Made by a program: the position numbers and the translations under genes. The notes under the pieces were generated by a model. The model had not been told where the DNA came from. It did no database searches and saw only the letters and a list, made by a program, of their open reading frames with translations. From Hemiscyllium ocellatum (lineage: Eukaryota), in contig NW_026867444.1 of assembly GCF_020745735.1 (NCBI RefSeq), positions 248,001 through 312,000 of the forward strand: a stretch of DNA of 64,000 bases. Direction: 5' to 3'. Shown one piece after another: positions 49,301 to 62,745 of the stretch (positions are counted from its first letter, which is position 1; every line of letters begins with the position of its first letter).

Positions 49301-49640
49301 TATGAAAGGCATAGTCAAAGTCAATTGTGAGAATCTTTTCCCCATGTCAGACATGTCTATGACCAGAGGGAATAAGCTTACCGTGTGAAAATGTGGTTTA
49401 GACGGGTTGAGGACTTGTTTTCCCCAGAGGGTGGTAGAAATATGGAAGGTGCTGCTTGAGAAGGTGGTGGAGGCAGCTCCTCTCACAACATTTAAGAAAC
49501 ATCCAGATGAGCACATAAAATGCCAGGGCATGGAAGGCTATGGACCAACTGCAGGTAAATGGAGTTTGGTGATTACTGATTGGCATCAACATGTCGACAA
49601 ACAGAAGGGCCTGTTTGTTTGCTGTATGACTCTATGACAA
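46310..49640 (+). mobile_element. Stack of CR1 RT/3' fragments, with an unrelated ~740-bp insertion at ~46545-47290
   Basis: Several repeated RT C-terminal segments (RLRGDLIETYK, LEYCAHFW) ending in ctatg-type tails. Confidence 0.75.
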
Positions 49641-52600
49641 TGAAGAGAAGGATGTGGAAGCATTTTTCATGTTGTTTCAGAAGATAGCAACACAAGTGAG
49701 GTGGGAAAAACAGGTTGGACCTTGCCCATGCAAAATGAACTTGAGAAGCACAAGAGGTTTCTACATCCCTGTCAGAGGAATGTTCTCGGGATCATGAGGA
49801 AGTGAAATCAGCTATTCTAAGCACATATGAGTTGGCCCCAGAAACATACAGACAGATGTTTCAGAATGGACACAAACAGCCTGGACAAACCTCTACTGAG
49901 TTTAAGAGAGTTTAACAAAATAATATTGACAGGTGGATAAGAGCATTAACAGCTGAGAATACTTACAATGCTCTCAGAGAAGTTATCTTTTGAGAAGAAT
50001 TTAAAGCTTCCTTCCCTTCTAGAGTTAGAAATTAATGTCGAAGACCAAAGGGGAACGACAGTAAGACAAACAGCTACAATGGCTAATGATGATAGACTTT
50101 GTTAAAGCCAAAACCCTGCAGATGCTGGAATCCAAAGTAGACAAACAGGAGGCGGGAAGAGCACAACAAGCCAAGCAGCATCAGGTGGTGGAGAAGTCAC
50201 CTGATGGGAGACCGATCCAGAAACTCTTTTTCCCATCAGGCCCAGAAATGGGAGAAACATAAAAATTGGGAGAGTATGAGGAAGGCAGGTAGCCAGGGCA
50301 GAAAATGGACAGGAGGGAACAGCCCAAGAACTTCTCCTCAGATTAAAAAGGAAATTGCTGAGGGTGGAAGTGATGATCAGAAGCTGAAATGTTTGTCTTG
50401 GAATAAGGTGGGCCATGTGTGTTTGGAATGTTGAAAATTGTGAGATAAACCCATGGGATTTATAGGAGTTAGTAAAATTGAGTCAGAGAGGGGAACACAA
50501 ACTGACAATCCCACGGAGCAGGTTGTAGCTGTCACTATAACAAAAAGGCCGGAGGTGAATTCTGTCATTAGTAAAGGAGGTTGTCAGGTAGATGAGAGGT
50601 GGACAGGACTTTTATCAAAAGGAATGGTGACTCCTTTCTCTTCAGCTAAACCCAGAATCAAACTAAGAGATACAGGGGCAATACAATCACTTTTACTGGA
50701 GAAAGAATTGATTATCCCTCCAGAGAGCTCAATGGGAGCTAATGTATTAACCAATGGGATTGGTGGAGAATATATTCCACTTCCATTGTGTACAGTACAA
50801 CTGGAATGTGATTTGTAATCAGGAGAAGTAATTGTCGGTTTGGGAAAACATTCCCTGTTGAGGGAGTCGATTTCCTTCTGGGGAATGGTTTGTCAGGACT
50901 AAAGGCAGTAGCTTCCCCGATAATTACAGAATGTCCAAAGGAGGGCCAAGAAACAGAACAATGACAGGAACAGGTTCCTGGTCTCTCTCCTTCGTGTGAG
51001 GTAACCAGGGCAATGGTTAAACAAAATCCATCAATAAGGGTTGATGTGACAAGACAGCAAGTGAAAGGATCGCTGAAACTTTCCGAAAGGGTGAAGATAA
51101 TCCAGGTGGAGTGGTTGGTATGATGTCACTAATTACAGCAGATCCAAAAAGCAGATCCTGAATGAAATAAATGAGCACAGTCAGCTCATAATGAGGTCAA
51201 GGCTGAAGGAGTTTCAGAGTGCTATTGTGTTCAGAATGGAGCGCTGATGAGGAAGTGGAGACCCCCTCATAGACCCCCAGAAGAATGGTCGGTTAGACAT
51301 TGGCTAGTGGTCCCACCCAGCTATCAGAGGGAGATAGTACACGGGGCACATGAGACTCCCATGGCAGGTCACATGGGGATTTGGAAAACACAGGCATCCA
51401 GAAACAGATATTTTACTGAGCTACAATTGGATAAAGATGTGGTGCAGTTTTATAAAACGTGTCTTACTTGTCAAGTTATAGGTAAACATCAATACAAAAC
51501 CAGCATCCTTAATTCCTTTCCCAGTTTTTGAGGAACCATCCCGTCATGTACAGGTTTGTCAAGTAGTGAGTATAATAGAGGAGGGGATCAGAAAAAGCTT
51601 GAGATCAAAAAAGACCTGGACACTTCCCAAAGTAAACTTCCTGTTATTAGAGGAACAAATTCAGAGATATTTGAGACTTCAGACACTGTATTTTTGTATC
51701 TGGAGAAAGATCAACAGGTAGATTTAGTGAGGCTGCTCAGACAATACAAAGATGTTTGTATGAGGAGTCGTTGAGGACTTTGGTTCTGTCCTTGATGGAG
51801 CTTAGAAAGATGAGAGGGAATGTAATTGAAACTTACAGAATACAGGGTGGCCTGGATAGAGTGGACATGGAGGGGATGTTTCTAATAATAGGAGAGTTGG
51901 AGACCTGAGGGAACAGCCTCAGAGTGAAGAGATGATCTTTTGAACTGAGTTGAGAAGGACTTTCTTCAGCCAGAGTGTCATTAATCTGTGGAACTGCAGA
52001 GGGCCTTGGAGACCAATTCGTTGAGTGTATTTAAGAAAGAGATAGATTGGCTCTTGATTGGTCAAGGGATCAAGATTTACAGGGAAAAGGGAAGAGATTG
52101 GGGCTGAGAAACATTATCAACTGTAAATGACCAGACATGATGGGCCAAATGGCCCAATTCTGCTCCTTTATCTTGTGGACTTGTATTGGTACACTTAGAT
52201 CTATCACATGAATAAAATATAACATGAATTTGGTAATTCAGACAAAATAAAACAAAAACCAACCGAAACTGGCAATGGAACAAAGGGCTTCCATGTTGGA
52301 GAATCAGCTGATTGAACCATATCAGAGGAATTGGAGTTCTCCTGTAGTATTGGCTCCTGAACCAAACTGTTCAATTTAATTCTATGTAGACTTGAGGAAT
52401 CTGAGTCTCATCATAAAACCAGATTCATTCCCTATTCCCAGCTGAGAAGATTGTATAGAGAGGGTTTGTAGCATATCATTTTTGTATAAAATTGATTTGT
52501 TAAAAGGATGTTTAGATGAACTCACTGATAACTAGAACTAAGCGAGTTTCTGTATTTATCACACCTAATGGATTATACCCAATGGCAAGTTTTGCTATGT

Positions 52601-52650
52601 GGACTTAACAACTCTCCAGTCACATTTGAATGATTATTGTGAAAGTGAAC
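49640..52650 (+). mobile_element. Gmr1-like Ty3/Gypsy LTR retrotransposon relic (gag-PR-INT-RT)
   Basis: gag EEKDVEAFF...EEVKSAILSTYELAPETYRQ...DRWIRAL...LREVI. Degenerate CCHC 50390-50431. PR DTGA 50669-50680. INT HHCC (H 51349, H 51370, C 51460, C 51469). RT N-terminus from 52293 (WSSPVVL, DSFPIP, KIDLLKG). Interrupted by a PLE end (~50110-50205) and CR1 (~51775-52190). Confidence 0.82.
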
Positions 52651-53036
52651 AAGGTCACACTCCCCCACATTACACTCCATCTGCCCAATATTTCTTCAAA
52701 GCCCAGCTGATTCTAATATTCAGCAGGATGGATCTTCATTGAGAAATAGCCATTTGTAACTAGAATAATTATATCTCTGAGAATCACATTAATAATTGTT
52801 TTTATTGAAGCTTTCATAAGTTCTGTGTTGATTGACACAATGCTCTGGTTTGGGCTTTGCTGTCTGTACAAACCATCTGTAATGTCTTTGCTGCAATGGT
52901 TCACATTTACATCATCAAACTCACACTCCAAATATCCCGTCATTATTCTCCATGGGATTCACTGGCATTGGCTCAAATCGAACTCCCAGCAGCTGAAATG
53001 GAGGGAGGGATACGGCTTAGAGAGCAAGAGATGGAA

Positions 53037-53039
<3 letters not shown>

Positions 53040-53088
<49 letters not shown>

Positions 53089-53110
53089 GAGACAGAGAGA
53101 GACAGAGAGC
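53040..53110. repeat. (GA)n microsatellite
   Basis: Pure GA run followed by GACA variants. Confidence 0.95.
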
Positions 53111-53299
53111 AATGAAGCACTAAAAGAGAGGGGGATAGACCTTGGACAGAGAAAGAGGTTTGGAATTCAGAGTGAGATCTATGCAGCTGTGTTAGAGAGG
53201 GGTGGGGAGAGAGAGTGAGTGAGAGAGATGGAGTCAAGGAGTTCTATGTCAAAGATAAATTATACTCTGTTAAAGATTGCACTGGATGAATGCTGACTC

Positions 53300-55720
53300 T
53301 CTTACTCTGTGAACACTACCTCCAAAGCTGTCTAACTTTGTGTCATTAGCAAACTAGAGTATCTGACTTTCTGTACCATTATCCAATGCATTAATAAATA
53401 ATGTAAATAATTGAGATGTGCGCACACATTCCTATTGGACACGACTGGTCACATCCTGCCAATTTCAGCAGTTACCCATTATCTCTGTTTTCTGTCGCCT
53501 GTCACTCAACCAATTTCGGTATGGCAGTATTTTAGCCTCAATTCTGTGGATTTCTAACTGAGTTGAACAGTTTCTTACATGGGATTTTATCAAATGCCTG
53601 CTGGAAGTCCCTATAAACAACATCCATTGACATTACTGTGTCCAGTAATTTTGTTTCCTCTTCAAAAATGTTCAATGAGATTTTTCACCATGACCAACTT
53701 GTCATGAATCCATGCTGATTCTCCCTGATTAACTGACCATTTTCAAGGTCTGCAGTTACCCCCATCCTTGATTATAGACTACAACAATTTCCACACCACA
53801 AACGTTGGCTTAATGACCTGTAATTCCCTGGCTTTTCTCTAACATCTTTGTTAAATGTGAAATGAAATTTGCAATTTTCCAATTCAGAGGTACGACTCCT
53901 GAATCCAGGTAACTCTGAAAGATTATAGTCAGGGTGTCTGCAATGTGGTCTATTACTACTTTTTCACCCTAAGGTCCTGAGGATTTGTCACTCTTTAGTT
54001 CCATTATTTTCCTTATTACACATGTTCTATTGAAATTAACTTTATTGAGGTGACACAGTGGTTAGCACTGCTGCCTCACAGCACCAGAGTCCCAGGTTCA
54101 ATTCCAGCCTTGGGCAATTGCCTGTGTGGAGTTTGCACATTGTCTGCATGGGTTTCCTCCGACTATCCAAAGATGTGCAGGTCAGGTGAATTGGCCATAC
54201 TAAATTGCCCATAGTGTTAAGTGCATTAGTCAGAGGGAAAATGGGTCTGGGTGGGTTACTCTTCGGAGGGTCGGTGTGGACTGGTTGGGCCAAAAGGCAT
54301 GTTTGCACACTGCAGGGAATCTAATCAGTCCCTGATACAGATCCTCTGTTAATTCCTTTGGGACTTCAGGCAAGTCCTCTTCCTTTTCTAGTGCAAATCT
54401 TGAGGTAAAGTATTTATTTAACATGTCTGTCATTTCCCCATTGTCACTGACAATATCCCTCACTTGCAGTCTTTAATGGCCAACATTGCTCCTGACCTCC
54501 CTGCTTCCCTGTTATGGAACTGTAACATTTCTCCTGATTGATTTTGTTACATGTTTCCTTTCAGAATCCCTTTTGGTAGCTCTTAGAAGCTGATATGTGG
54601 CCCTTTTGTATCCTTCCCATTCAGCGGAATCTGTCCTTATTTTTTGCTTTTCTGTAAGCCTGTTTTAACATTTTATTCTTTCCCTGATCTCTTTAATTGA
54701 CCATTGTTGTTTGTTCGCATTTCCCTCTCAGGTATAAACTGGCTTTGTTTTGTGTTGAATGTTCCTTTAAATATTCCCCACTGTCCTTCAGTTGTTTTAC
54801 CCATGAGCAGATTTTCCCAGTTTATTGTGGACAGTTTCTGTCGCATCTTGTTAAAGTCGGCCCTTACCTTAATCTCAAAATCGAGCAGCTGATTCATTCT
54901 TTTTACTTTCAAATGCGACACTGAACTAGATCATGTTATGATCGCTATTTGTTAAATGTTCATGCACAAATAGTTACGAACTAAATCTGGCTCATTATTC
55001 ATTACTAATTCCAATATTGCTTGTCCCCTTGTTGTATCCAGGACCTATTGCTGTTGGAAACTATTCTGGACACACAGCAGCAATTCACTACCTTTCTGAC
55101 AGAGGGCTTGTCTGTCTCCCATTCTAAGTTAAAGTTAAACTTCCCCATTAATAATACACTGGCTTTGCTACACACTTGTCTAATTCCTCCATTTATATAA
55201 TCCAGCACCTCAGAGCTGCTGTCAGGGGGGTCTGTATCCAACATCTACTACAGTTTTAGATCCTTTCCTGCTCCTCAGTCCCACTGAATGTTTTCTCCTC
55301 ATTATGACCTCCCTCACCATTGAAGCCATTTTTTCCCTCATCAATGAAGCTGCTCCACCTCTTCTGCCATTTCCCCATATCCATCCTGTGAACCTTCTAA
55401 CCCGATAGATATCGTTCCCAATCTGAATGATTCTGCAACTATGGCTCAGTAATTGATCCGATACCACAATCTTAAATTTGAATTTGTGCCTGCAGATTAT
55501 TGTATTTATTCCTTACGCTCCGTGCATTCGTATGTAGGACTCTTATTTGGTCCATTCACTGGAATCTGTTCCTCAGCACTGATGCTGTATTCACCTCTTT
55601 CTTATTTCTCTCCATCTGTTTAATCAATATCCTTCTGATAGCTTTCCTGATATTGTCCAAATAGGGCCTTTTGCCGATGTTGTTGGTCCCGACACAGACA
55701 ACAACAACTGGATCCTCAAC
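53300..55720 (-). mobile_element. Old CR1 fragments (ORF1 esterase, endonuclease, RT)
   Basis: VVVCVGTNNIG, VVDVGYRPP, LLMGKFNFNLEW, ADFNKMRQKLSTINWE. Confidence 0.7.
54047..54327 (+). mobile_element. HE1-type V-SINE
   Basis: cacagtggttagcactgctgcctcacag head, V-domain core, tail gggaatctaatc. Confidence 0.85.
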
Positions 55721-55722
55721 CG

Positions 55723-55745
55723 CCCCCCCCCCCCCCCCCCCCCCC
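55723..55745. repeat. Poly-C homopolymer (23 nt)
   Basis: Direct read. Confidence 0.9.
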
Positions 55746-57310
55746 ACCCCCCAAGTCTGTTATAATTAAAAGCTGGCTCGAGGTGCCTTTACCTTAAAAA
55801 CCAGGCAGGCAACACACCATGTGGGGCTCTCAATCCTGCTCACAAAGGATGCTATCAGTTCCCTTCATTATCAAGACCCCTCTTTTCTTTGTGCTCCCCC
55901 AGTCTGAGTGGCCTCCTGGACCATGGTGCAGTGGTTTCCTTCGTTCATTCATAGGAAATGGACATCTCTGGCCATCACTTGATGTGGTCACTCTGAGCTG
56001 CAATGGGCTCCACCAGCTTCCCCATCGTACAATTACTACACATCGCCTGGCCCTGTATGTGGAAATTATTTGAGGAGTTTTTAATTTATATTTTAAAATT
56101 TGCTGCTGGTCTTTAGTTTTTAATCTGTAAAATACTTCTGTCCAGGAGACAGAGAAGGTGCCAGCACAGGAGGAGGCTGTTCAGCCCCTCGTGTCAGTGC
56201 TAGCTGTTTACGAGCCTCAATTACAATGAGCATCTCCATTGAATGTCTGTTGTCAGGAAGTGATTGAGTCTGTTTTTAGAGACAGAATAACGGACAAATA
56301 TGAACTGGTCCGAGAGAATCAGCATGGATTGACAAAGGTTCAGACATCTTGAACTAACCGGGTTACACTTTGTTAGGAGCTCACTAGTGTGGGATATAAG
56401 GGAATGTCGATGGCTATTGTCTATAGGAAATTCCAAAAGATATTTAAAAATGTTCCACAAAAGAAACATTGATTCAGATCTTACACTCCACAACCATCTG
56501 ATGAAGGAGCAGTGCTCCAAACGCTGATGCTTCCAAACAAACCTGTTGCATTAGAACCTGGTGTTGTGTGATTTTTAACATTTACACGACAGTCCAACAC
56601 CGGCATCTCCAAATCATGGAATTGGATGGAATTTGAGAAATGCATTTACCTTGGGTCAGGAATGGGTCTGTCTAGGAGACAGAGAGGAAGGATAATGTGC
56701 GTGTGTTCCAATGAGACAGATGTGAGTAGTGGTATTCCCAGGGATCTGTGCTGGGACCTCAGCTTTTCAAGATATTTCTCAATGACTTGGATGAAGAAAC
56801 AGAGAGCCATATATCCAAGATTATTGATCACACTGAGTGAGGCAGCTTGGAGGAGGTCACAGAGATAGGGAGGGTGGAAGAACAGGGAGCAGATTGAGAA
56901 CAAGGATGAGAATTTAAAAATCGAGGTGTTGCTGGACCAGGAGCTTATGTCAGTCAGTGAGGATTGTGGTGGTTATGGTGGGGTGGGGAGGCGTGGGCAG
57001 GGGTATGGGGTGGACTTGGTGTGAGTTTGAACACAGACAGCAGAGTTTGGGATGAGCTGATGTTTACGGAAGTCAGTGGCTGTGATGTGGGCCTGGATAA
57101 CATTGGAATGGTCTCAAAAACATGGTTGAGATTTTCAGTGGCTGATAATTGTGATGTGGAGGATTTGGGCCTCAAATCAGCCCCAAAGATGAGGCCAAAG
57201 TTGTAAAGAGTCTGGTTGAGCTGCAGACAGTGCTCAGGGAGAGGGATGGAGCTTGTACCGGGAGCTGAAGAGGATGGCTTTGATCTTCCCAATGTGTTTC
57301 CCAGTGAGCC

Positions 57311-57558
57311 TGGCTCCTCAGTCCTGACTGCTCTTAGCTGCTGTGATTGTCACTGATTGGACACTTATTATTAGAGATTCTGACCACAGCAGAAAGCCCC
57401 AGTGTAACAAATAACTGCAAAGACTGTCAGATCACAAGGTTGAAACTTCACCAAGAGAGGAAGTGAAAGAAGGAGCTCGGAGCAGCTGGATGTTTGTTAC
57501 TGAGACGGGAGAAAACTGTCAACCATCTGCACTCCCTGGAATCTGACAGCACAGGAGG
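57311..57558 (+). promoter_or_regulatory. Candidate upstream enhancer of cluster C (paralogue of 34953-35201)
   Basis: GAGGAAGTGAAA 57457-57468, CAGCTG 57483-57488, ACCACA 57383-57388, agaaagcccc 57391-57400, TTATTATTAG 57365-57374. Confidence 0.55.
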
Positions 57559-57829
57559 AGGCCATTCAGCCCATCATGCCTTTGAATGACTCAGTGAGTC
57601 CCACTGCTTCCCCCCTCTCTCCCTGTAACCCAGCAAATCTTTCCTTTACAGCTCAATCTCCAATTCCCTCCTATAGACCTCATGTCCACAGAGTGAGACT
57701 GCCCTGAACCTGGGCTTCAAATTGGCATCTCATTCATTCATTGGGAAACAAACTGCCTGGGCTGGGAAATGGAGTTCAGGACCCTGAACATTCCCTCTCC
57801 CCTCCTGAGGGACACTTCATTTGGTTTTG

Positions 57830-59900
57830 CATATTCACTTGTGGGAAGGGGCTTCACTGGCTGGGCCAACATTTTTTACCCTGTCCCTAGTTGCCCTGGA
57901 GTCGGTGATGGGAAGCTGCCATACTGAATTGTTATCGTCCACAAGCTGTAAGTTGACCCACAATGCCAGCATTTTAACCCAGCAAGGCTGAGGGATCAGC
58001 GACATATTTCCAAGTCCGGATGCTAAGCTTTTTTGAGGGGAACTTGCAGCTCACAGTGTTCCCATGTATCTGCTGCTCTTGTTCTAAATGGAAGTGAACG
58101 TGGGTTTGGAGGGAAACCAAAAGAACTGCAGATGCTGTAAATCTGAGACAAAAATAGAAAGTGCTGGAAAAGCTCAGCAGGGTCTGGCAGCATCTGTGAA
58201 GAGAAATCAGAGTTAATATTTCATGCTGAACCTGTAATGATATTTCTGATTTCTCTCCAAGATGCTGCCAGACCTGCTGAGCTTTTCCCACAATTTCTAT
58301 TTTTGTCCATGGGTTTGGAAGGTGCTATCTGAAGATCGGTGATGAATTTCTGCAGTGCATCTTATCGATAATACACACTGCTGCTATGGAGCGTCAGTGA
58401 CGGTGAGTTTGGATGCTTTGAGAATGCGATGCCAATCAAGGAGTTTGCTTTGCTCTGGATGGTATCAAGCTTTTTGAGTGGATAAGAAAGACATAGGATA
58501 CAATCGACATAGATAGGAAAGGTTTCAAGGGATATGTGTGAAATGCAGGCAAATAAGATGAGTTCACTTCAGAAAACCTGGTCAGCACGTAGAAGTTTGG
58601 CTTAAGGGTTTGTTTCTGTGCTGTATGACTCTGTGACACTATCAATCTATGAATGTTGTTGGAGCTGCACCTGTCCAGGCAAGTGGGGAGTATTTGCTCA
58701 CACTCCTGACTTGGTTGACAGGCTTTGGGGGGATCAGGAGGTGAGTTACTCGATGCAGTATTTCTAGCCTCTAACTTGCTCTTGTAACCACTGTGTTTCT
58801 TTGGTGAATCCAGTTGTGTTTCTGGTCAATGGCACCTCAAGAATGTTGATAGTGGGGATTCAGTGATGGTAATAGCATTGATTGTCAAGGGGCGATGTGT
58901 AGATCGTCTCTTATTTGTGATGGTGATTGGCTGGCATTTGCATGGCACCAATGGGAAATGTCACTTCTCAGACAAAACCTGGATATTGTCCAGATATTGT
59001 TGCATTTGCACGTGGACTGCTTCAGTATCTGAGGAGTTGAGAAGAGTGCTGAGCATTGTGCAATCTTTGGCAATCATCCCCATTTACGAGTTTGCCTTGA
59101 GTTGCAATATCTGTTTGGAGTCTGTCCTATTTAGTACGGTGATAGTACCACACAACACAATGGAGGGGATTCTCAATGTGAAGGTCAGACTTTGTTTCCA
59201 CAAGGACTGTGTGATGGTCACTCTTACCAATACTGTCAAGGATAGATGCATCTACAGCCACAAGATTGGTGAGGATGGGGTCAAGCATCTTTTTCCATCT
59301 TTTTGGTTCCAGCTGCAGAGCCAGTCCCTCAGCTACATCCATGAGGAACCAACCAGCTCGATCAGTAATGCTGCTGCCGAGCCACTCTCAGTGGTGGACA
59401 TTGAAACCCCCCACCCAGAGTACACTCTCTGCTGTCATCACCCTCAGTGCTTCCTCCAAATGTTGTTCAACATCCAGGAGAGACTGATTCATCAGCCGAG
59501 GGAGCAAGATATCTTGTAATCACCAGGAGGTTTCCTCGCCCATGTTTAACTTAGTTTCATTAGTCTTCATGGGGTCCAGAGCCAATTTTGAGACTTCCCA
59601 GGGTAACTCCCTCCTGGCTGTAGACCACTGTGTCATCAGCTCTGCTGGGTCTGCCTTTCTGGTGGGACAGGACACATGCAGGGACAGTGATGGTGGTGTC
59701 TGGGGCATTGTCTGTAAGGTATGATTCTGTGAGTATGGCTGTGTCAGGCTGTTGCTTGTCTAGTCTGTAAGACAGCTCTCCTGAATTTGGCACTAGCTCC
59801 CAGATGTCAGTAAGGAGGATGGAGCAGGGTAGACAGGGCTGTTTCTGTCATTGTCTTTTCGGTGTCTAGATCGATGCCTGTGGTCCGTCCGGTCTCATTT
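57830..59900 (-). mobile_element. Decayed APE-type non-LTR retrotransposon, distinct from the CR1 copies
   Basis: Minus-strand endonuclease remnants PDTAILTESYL, LDPILTNL, IGKSDHHTVLV. Clade not assigned. Confidence 0.7.
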
Positions 59901-62539
59901 CTTTTTTGAAACATTGTCATAATTGATACAACTGAGAGCCTTGCTCGGCCATTTCAGAGGGCACTAGAGAGTCAACCACATTGCTAGAGGACAGTGCCGT
60001 GTACCCCGGCAGTACATTCCGGCCTCCCCACTTCCCCATTCTGTATATGGAAGGCGGAAGCCTGCCAGCTGGATATTCACCGCAGGAGCTATCACAGCCC
60101 GTGTGCAATTCTGTCCCCACATTAAATCCACACAAATCCTGAGTTCACATAACACCTTCAATGTCCAAGCATTCCAAGAATGTTCACAAAGTTGCAGTAA
60201 GAGGGATGGGGGAGAGGGTGGAGGAACATAAGAACTGGAGCAGGAGCAGGCAATTCAGCCCCTCGAGCCCACTCCACCATTTAATACAATCATGGCTGAT
60301 CCCATCTCAGACTCAACTCCACTTTCCTGCTCACTCTCCATCATCCTTTAACCCATTACCCATTAAATATCTGTCCATCTCCTCCTTGGTGTGAGACAGG
60401 GAAGGGACCACTCCATTCAGAAAAGACTGACCATGGAAGGGGAAGGAGAGGGGAAGGGATTGGAACATGTTGTGAATGGACAGGATGGGTCAGTGGGTCA
60501 GAGCCTGTCCTGTCTCCTCCAACTCACGCTGATGATCTGAGGATCTCCTCTCTCTGCTAGGCCTTCATGGAATGAGGTTTGTGTCCAAATCAGTCCCCAG
60601 TGAGAATAGGCCAACAGCACAGAACAGCACAGAACTGCCCTTCATTTGACCAGAATCTGTCCATCTTCCTGAGAGAGGCCAAACCCTGGTCAACGTGGAA
60701 ATAGGGCCTTACTCCAGGAGAAAACAGGGGTCAAGGGTTAACATCCATTAGTGGGACAGAGCAGAGGGAGATTTATCCTGCATTCAACTGTCACCACCCA
60801 GGACACTGTCAGAAAGAGAGAGCAGTGAGACAGAGAGAGATGGAGGGAAAAATAGTGTGAGAGTGAGAGTGAGACTAGCATCTGATATGGTGTAAGATAT
60901 GTGAGGGGACCAAGAGAGAGGTAGAGGGAGGTAGAAATGGTGAGGTTGAGGGATAGAGAGAGAAACAAGATGTGAGACAGTGTGACTGAGAGGGATGGAG
61001 AGAGACAAAGAGACAAGGAGAGAGAGAGTGAGAGACAGGATGGGTGTGAGACTAAGTATGAAGAGAGTTGAGAGGGAGGGTAAGATTGAGTGTGAGGGAG
61101 AGAGATGAGTATGGGTAGATTTATAATGACAGAGAGAGAGGGAGAGAAACTGTAAATTGGGAGGTAGAGAGGGAAGGAGAGAGAAAGAGGGAGGAATAGA
61201 GAGTGACAGGTAACAATTGGAGGCTTTTAATTGAAGTGAGAGAGGGAGCGAGTAACAGAGACAGAGAGAGATGGAGAAACAGATGATAAGATGGAGTGAG
61301 AAAGCATCAGTGAGTTGGAGAGAGTGGCTATGAGACAGAGTGTGTGTGTGAGAGAGAGAGAGGAAGAGAACATGAAAGAGATTAACATTGGGAGAGAGAG
61401 ATAGAGGTAGAGAGAAAGAAATGGCAGATGTGAGTCAGAGAGAGAGAGGGACAGGTCGTGGTCACCACACTCTGGGAAGAATGTGATTGTACCTGAGAGG
61501 GTACAGGGAGATTTCCCAGGATGCTGCCTGAATGTGAGCTTTGAGCAGTGAAGGCTTAAAAGGGACCTGATAGAGAGGATAGGATTATTCAGGACAGTGA
61601 TAGGGTGGGTAGGATGGCACTTTTTACATGAGTAAAGGACTTCATAACCTGGTACAGAGATTGAAGGTAACACAGACATGGACACGTAGAAACTTGGAGC
61701 AGCAGTAGGCCATTCGGCCCTTTGAGTCTGCTCTGTCATTCAGTATGATCATGGCTGTATCAATTTTTGAATTTCATCATTTCTTCGAGGGTCAGTGTGG
61801 GCTTGTCGGGCCAAATGGCCTGTTTCCACACTGTAGGCATTCTATGATCTATGGCTGATCCTCTCTCTCAAAGCCATATTCCTGCCTTCTCCCCATTCTC
61901 TTCAAGCTGTTAAAATGCAAAACAATTATCTCTCTCTTTTTTCTTGAATATATTCAGTTTCTTATCCTCCACAGCCTTCAGTGGTAGAGAATTCCACAGG
62001 TTGACCACCCTCTGAGTGAAGAAATGTTTCCTCATCTCAGTCCTAAATGGTCTACCCTGTATCCCCCTGAGCCTGTGTCCCCTGGTTCCAGACTCCCCAA
62101 CCAGGGGAAACCTCCTCCCTGCCCAGCCCTGTTACAATTTTATATGTTTCAATCAGATCCCCTCTCATCGTTCTGAACACGAGTGAGTCCATGGCCAGGC
62201 GAGTTGGAGAATTGGAGAGTGAGAGGAGAGTTGAGAAGAAATGTTTTCACCCAGAGGGTGGTGGGAGTCTGGAACTCACTGCCTGAAAGGCTGGTTGAGT
62301 CACAAACTCTCGTGACATTGGAGCAGTGTTTAGATATTCCCTTGTGTTGCTGTAACCCCAGGGTAATGGGCCAAGAGCTGGAGGATGGGATTAGTGTCAT
62401 CAGATCTTTGTTTACCAGCACAGACACAATGGGCCAAATGGCCTCATTCAGTGCTGTTCACATCAATGACTCTGAGACAAAGAGAGTGAGATCGAGAGAG
62501 AGAGAGAGGTACAGTGGCGAGAGAGAGAGAGAGAGAGAA

Positions 62540-62636
62540 GAGGAAGTGTGAGGGGCTGACGTGGCTCTCTCTGCCTGATGCCATTTACATACTGAGGAAC
62601 ACCCAGTCAGACTCTCACAGGCTGCAGCTTTATAAA
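62540..62636 (+). promoter_or_regulatory. V promoter of cluster C
   Basis: GAGGAAGT 62540-62547, TGACGT 62557-62562, ATTTACAT 62583-62590, TATAAA 62631-62636, ATG at 62697. Confidence 0.78.
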
Positions 62637-62696
62637 GCAGAGCCCAGTGAAGGGAGAGTTTATCAGGAACCAGGCACAGGGACAGGAGCACACACC

Positions 62697-62745
62697 ATGA
62701 TTTCACACATCCAGCTGATCTGGCCCCTGGCATTCTGTGTCGCAG
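62697..62745 (+). CDS. Leader exon of cluster C (MISHIQLIWPLAFCVA)
   Basis: accATG, donor g|gtacaa, 186-nt intron to the acceptor ending at 62931. Confidence 0.92.

Noticed and set aside
55819-56073. Acceptor-like tract (tcttttctttgtgctcccccag) followed by a short open frame; also the CpG-rich patch at 59950-60160
   Set aside because: No recognisable protein motif, donor or partner exon; insufficient evidence.
60738-61739. Ser/Leu-rich ORFs (also 30306-30839 and 52825-53237)
   Set aside because: Translations of CT/GA low-complexity tracts.
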